A stretch of 39,313 nucleotides of DNA from Candidatus Nanohalarchaeota archaeon (GTDB lineage: Archaea; Nanohalarchaeota; Nanosalinia; Nanosalinales; JAFCCC01), in assembly GCA_017610385.1 (NCBI GenBank), contig JAFCCC010000005.1:1-39313 (forward strand), written 5' to 3'. Positions 35,339 to 39,313 of the stretch are shown one piece after another (within the stretch, counting starts at the first letter, position 1; every line of letters begins with the position of its first letter). Under the pieces are notes generated by a model. That model made no database searches. It saw nothing but the letters and a program-made list of their open reading frames with translations, and had not been told where the DNA came from. A program made the translations under genes and the position numbers.

Positions 35339-36591
35339 AGTTTATATCTCAAAATTGCGGCGATTCCGCCCAATTGCTCTAATCTTTTTCCTTCTTGAGT
35401 TTCAGTAGAAATTATATGTAAAGAAGATCCCATTTCTTCTGTTTTTTCTTCTAAGTATTCCAGTAAATCATCTATCTCTATAGTAACAGTATCAGAACCA
35501 CATTTAGAACAAGGTTTTTTATTAATTTTAGATAACTTATCTTTTCTAATATATTCTATGAAAACATGACCACAATTCCCGCATTTAAATTGCATTCTTT
35601 TTATTTCTAAAGTTTCAGAAACCAATAGTTTTTTAACTGCACCCATTTCCAATGCACGAATTGTTTGAATTAGACCGTAGGTATTTTTGCCGTCACCTTT
35701 TTTTAAGCTTTCAAAAAATTCTGAAACTAAACTTTTTTCATGAGCTATTTCAGAATCAACTAAAACCTCTTTTAATTTATCCATCATTTCGTTTATGCCA
35801 TCTTCTCCAGCATAATTTGTTGAAATTCTTGCAATAACTTTATCTTTTAATTCTCCATGAAAATGATCATCAACAACATCGTCTTTAGCAAACCCTGGAC
35901 CAGCAACAATAATTCCCATCATTTTTCCGGTCCTTAGCAATTCCAAAAATGCAGTCTGACAAGTTTCAGCGATTTGAGATAAAAAAGTCAAATAAAGTCC
36001 TTCTCTATTTCTTGCAAATCGTTGCTGTGACTGCCCTCCCGCCTTAATCTTTCCTGGAACATTTGAATCTAAAGTTTTAATAATTTCTATGGATTTTCCT
36101 TTCAAAAAAGCTACGGTTCCTTCTTGTCTATCAATAGAAATTAAACCATAGACCTTTTTTTCTTCCACCATATCTTTCAAAGGCTCTAAAACAAAGGTTT
36201 TATCACATCGATAAATCCTGGAAGTAACTGGCACAGGAGGAACAATTTCCCACATTTTCATGTTTGTTTTTCCCTCTAATTCAGAAACATTTCCACAAAA
36301 TAGAACCACTCCATTTTCAGGATTTTTATTAACTTCTCGTAACCTTCTTTGAATCTTTTCTAAAGCTCCCTGAACATTTTTTCTAGTAGTTTTGGACTTG
36401 ATATTTTCAGCCTCACTTCTTTCTGTGGTCAAAAAACTCACAATTTCATTTAAATTATAATCTCCAGGAACATAAACTGAAACTAATTCTGTATGGCGCC
36501 CTCTGAGTGGTTTCAATTCTTTTATTACTCGTTTAAGTTCAAATTTGGTTAGCTGGTGTGACATTTTAACCCTAAAAGAAATTTTGTGCAA
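35335..36591 (-). CDS. prf1: Archaeal peptide chain release factor aRF1; start likely 36564
   Basis: NIKS, YRCDKTF, GGQS, Zn-finger CGNC...CSKC, GGIAAILRY. Confidence 0.97.
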   Translation of the reverse strand: MHKISFRVKMSHQLTKFELKRVIKELKPLRGRHTELVSVYVPGDYNLNEIVSFLTTERSEAENIKSKTTRKNVQGALEKIQRRLREVNKNPENGVVLFCGNVSELEGKTNMKMWEIVPPVPVTSRIYRCDKTFVLEPLKDMVEEKKVYGLISIDRQEGTVAFLKGKSIEIIKTLDSNVPGKIKAGGQSQQRFARNREGLYLTFLSQIAETCQTAFLELLRTGKMMGIIVAGPGFAKDDVVDDHFHGELKDKVIARISTNYAGEDGINEMMDKLKEVLVDSEIAHEKSLVSEFFESLKKGDGKNTYGLIQTIRALEMGAVKKLLVSETLEIKRMQFKCGNCGHVFIEYIRKDKLSKINKKPCSKCGSDTVTIEIDDLLEYLEEKTEEMGSSLHIISTETQEGKRLEQLGGIAAILRYKL

Positions 36592-36608
36592 ATGATTATA
36601 AAAGAAAG

Positions 36609-39230
36609 CTATATTTCAATTAATAATAATTCATTATCAGTTTTTAGTAATTTTCCAGGCAAATTGAATCGCATCTTTTTCTTGATATAAATCTCGTTTC
36701 CGCGCAAGGTAATTTTCTCTCCACATAGTTCCAATATTATTTTTTCTCCATCCAATGTTAGATTTTTAACCTGACTAAGTTTTTTGACAATATCCTTTAC
36801 TTTTGATCCGTATCTCGGGCCCAATTCTGCAAAATTAGCTTTAACTTCAATAAGTTCCTCTTTTATTTCTGGGGTATTCTTATTAAAAATTAATTCTTTG
36901 ATTTGCATTGCTTCCTTTAAAGTCCCCCGAATTGGTTTTAAATCTTCTTTTGTGAATAGGGTAATTTTTTTCAATTCTTGATTTAGAGAAAGATTGTTCT
37001 TTGCTTTGAATTTTCTTAATGAACCAATAATCTCAATGGCTCGATCTCCTAACTTTTCGATTTCCTCCTCTTTTTCTTTTGAAATTAAATTTAAAGGTTT
37101 TGGCCACACTGAAACTGTAATACTTTTATCATTTTCAAATTTCTTAAAAATTTCATGATAAAGTTCTTCGGTGATGAAAGGCAATAGAGGACTCAATAAT
37201 TTTAGATTTGTTAAGAGAACATGATATAAAGTAAATAAAGAAGATTGATCTGTTTTAGAATATAATCTACTTTTTGCTAGTTCAACATAATTATCACAAA
37301 ATAAATGCCAAAAAACTTCTCGAATATTCGCTCTAATTTTGGAATATTCGTATTTGTTAAAAGTTCGTGTAACTTCTTTGAGTAATTTATCAGTTTTAAT
37401 AAACATCCATTGATCAATCAAAGCCAATTGGACTGGTTTCTTGGGTTTTTCTGTTATAAAATTAGAAGAGAATCGCGAAGCATTCCAGATTTTATTTAAA
37501 AATCGCTCACCAGTTACCAAATCTTTATCTCTGAATGGTAAATCTTCTCCTAGTTTTGCCCCAGCGCACCAAAAGCGTATTGCATCACAAGAATATTTTT
37601 TCATTATATCTAAAGGATGAATAATATTCTCTCTGGATTTTGACATTTTTTTACCTTTCTCGTCTAAAATCCAGCCATTAATGGTAATATCTGTAAAAGG
37701 AATTTTATTATAGTGCATTAAACTTTTGGCAACGGTATTAAACAACCAAAAAGTAACAATATCATGTCCTTGTGGTCGTAATGTGGTTGGAAACAATTTT
37801 TTGTCGTATTTTTCACCATCCCATCCCGCATTAATTAGTGGAGTCAATGAAGAAGTAGCCCAAGTATCTAAAACATCTTCTTCTGGAATAAATTTAGTTG
37901 AGCCACATTTTGGACAGGGCTTTTTAGGTTTATCTACGAGAGGATCAACAGGTAAGTTTTTTTTGTCTGCTAAAATAATTTCGCCGCAGTCTTTGCAATA
38001 CCAAACTGGAAAAGGAATTCCATTGTATCTTTGTCTAGAAATACACCAATCCCATTGCAATCCTTTAATCCAATTGTCGTATCGATTTTTCATATATTTT
38101 GGATACCAATTCATTGCATTTCCTGCTTTCAAAAACTCGTCTTTTAAATCAAGATATTTAATAAACCATTGCTTTGAAACAAGGAACTCTATTTCCGTTC
38201 CACATCTTTCATGAGTATTAACCATATGTTTGATTTTCTTTTGGGATGAAAGCAAATTAGATTTCTTTAAATCATGAATAATCTGTTTTCTGGCTTCTTT
38301 TATGTGCAATCCATCATATTTACCAGCCAATGCGGTCATATGACCTGTTTCATTAATCGCTACCCTTAAAGGTAAATTATATGCATAAAACCAATCAACA
38401 TCTGTCTGATCTCCAAAAGTACAACACATAACAACTCCTGTTCCTTTATCTAATTCAACTCTTTCGTCAGATTTTATAGGAACCTCGAAATTAAATAATG
38501 GGACTTTGGCTTTTTTACCTACTAAATGAGCGTATTTTTTATCATTAGGGTGAACAAAAATACAAACACATGCTGGAAGCAATTCTGGTCTAGTTGTAGA
38601 AATAATCAGGTCTTTTCCGTCTTCTAATTTAAAAATTATATCATTAAACTGAGATTCAATTTCTTTATCTTCTAACTCAACTTGAGACACTGCTGTTGAA
38701 CACGTAGGACACCAAAAGGTTGGACCCTCTTTTTGATATTCCCTTCCCATTTTATACAAATCAATAAAAGATATTTGAGAAATCTTCCATATTTCCGGAT
38801 CAATTGTTCTATAAAGCCGACTCCAGTCTGGACTTAGTCCCAACTGAATCCACATCTTTTTCATTTCATTTTCCATTTTTTTGGTAACTGTACTACACAA
38901 TTCACAGAATTTTTTTCGCCCTAGTTCTTGTGGACTCTTTTTAGTTTTTTTCTCAACCAAACGTTCTGTTGCAATACCATTATCATCAAAACCAAAAGGA
39001 TAGAATACATTAAACCCATTCATTCGTCTATATCGTGCTGTATAATCCTGCTGTACGTATCCATAAACATGACCCATATGTAAGTTTCCAGAAACAGTCG
39101 GTGGCGGGGTGTCAATAGAATAAATAGGTTTTTTTAAAGTTGAGTTAAATTTGTAAAGCCCGGAATCTAACCATATTTTACTCCACTTTGATTCTATTTT
39201 TCGTGGGTTGTATTTTTTTTCTAATACCAT
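36609..39230 (-). CDS. valS: Valine--tRNA ligase (archaeal type)
   Basis: DTPPPTVSGNLHMGH, WCISRQR, DVLDTWATS, KMSKS. Confidence 0.98.
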   Translation of the reverse strand: MVLEKKYNPRKIESKWSKIWLDSGLYKFNSTLKKPIYSIDTPPPTVSGNLHMGHVYGYVQQDYTARYRRMNGFNVFYPFGFDDNGIATERLVEKKTKKSPQELGRKKFCELCSTVTKKMENEMKKMWIQLGLSPDWSRLYRTIDPEIWKISQISFIDLYKMGREYQKEGPTFWCPTCSTAVSQVELEDKEIESQFNDIIFKLEDGKDLIISTTRPELLPACVCIFVHPNDKKYAHLVGKKAKVPLFNFEVPIKSDERVELDKGTGVVMCCTFGDQTDVDWFYAYNLPLRVAINETGHMTALAGKYDGLHIKEARKQIIHDLKKSNLLSSQKKIKHMVNTHERCGTEIEFLVSKQWFIKYLDLKDEFLKAGNAMNWYPKYMKNRYDNWIKGLQWDWCISRQRYNGIPFPVWYCKDCGEIILADKKNLPVDPLVDKPKKPCPKCGSTKFIPEEDVLDTWATSSLTPLINAGWDGEKYDKKLFPTTLRPQGHDIVTFWLFNTVAKSLMHYNKIPFTDITINGWILDEKGKKMSKSRENIIHPLDIMKKYSCDAIRFWCAGAKLGEDLPFRDKDLVTGERFLNKIWNASRFSSNFITEKPKKPVQLALIDQWMFIKTDKLLKEVTRTFNKYEYSKIRANIREVFWHLFCDNYVELAKSRLYSKTDQSSLFTLYHVLLTNLKLLSPLLPFITEELYHEIFKKFENDKSITVSVWPKPLNLISKEKEEEIEKLGDRAIEIIGSLRKFKAKNNLSLNQELKKITLFTKEDLKPIRGTLKEAMQIKELIFNKNTPEIKEELIEVKANFAELGPRYGSKVKDIVKKLSQVKNLTLDGEKIILELCGEKITLRGNEIYIKKKMRFNLPGKLLKTDNELLLIEI

Positions 39231-39313
39231 CTAAATCACAATCTGAGTTACACACCTTATTGAATATTAATTTACAATAGTCAATTGATATTTTATAAAG
39301 AATGGGGTGCTAT

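Noticed and set aside
909-38214. Numerous 60-160 aa ORFs antisense or out of frame to long genes (e.g. 6728..7039, 13506..13841, 14741..15067, 32166..32516, 37726..38214)
   Set aside because: Shadow ORFs: F/S/I-rich mirror translations of strongly supported genes with no motifs

Overview
AT-rich archaeal window. Archaeal aRF1, archaeal-type ValRS, BHB-intron tRNAs and no encoded CCA are seen directly; a DPANN-like origin is inference. The right part is mostly housekeeping: degenerate ThiI, DEAD-box helicase, cyclophilin, K+ channel, TatD, NYN, aRF1, ValRS. The left part is a ~20.8-kb element integrated at the 3' end of an intron-containing tRNA-Thr(UGU), bounded by a 14-bp att repeat (3619..3632 / 24429..24442). 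It carries a tyrosine integrase with an unusual Zn-finger/wHTH insertion, a UvrD-PD-(D/E)XK fusion, RadC, an MNT with a deleted HEPN partner, and a type I R-M operon. That operon holds two inserted genes: a GmrSD-like DUF262 protein and a pseudo-methyltransferase/TRD/Schlafen(AlbA_2) fusion. Left of the element is an integrase-less module with a repeated ~79-bp att arm and hairpin-delimited single-gene cassettes. A second tRNA, Val(GAC) with a 43/44 intron, is overlapped antisense by a free-standing LAGLIDADG gene whose stop codon lies inside the intron. All domain calls come from motif recognition by eye; no database searches were run.
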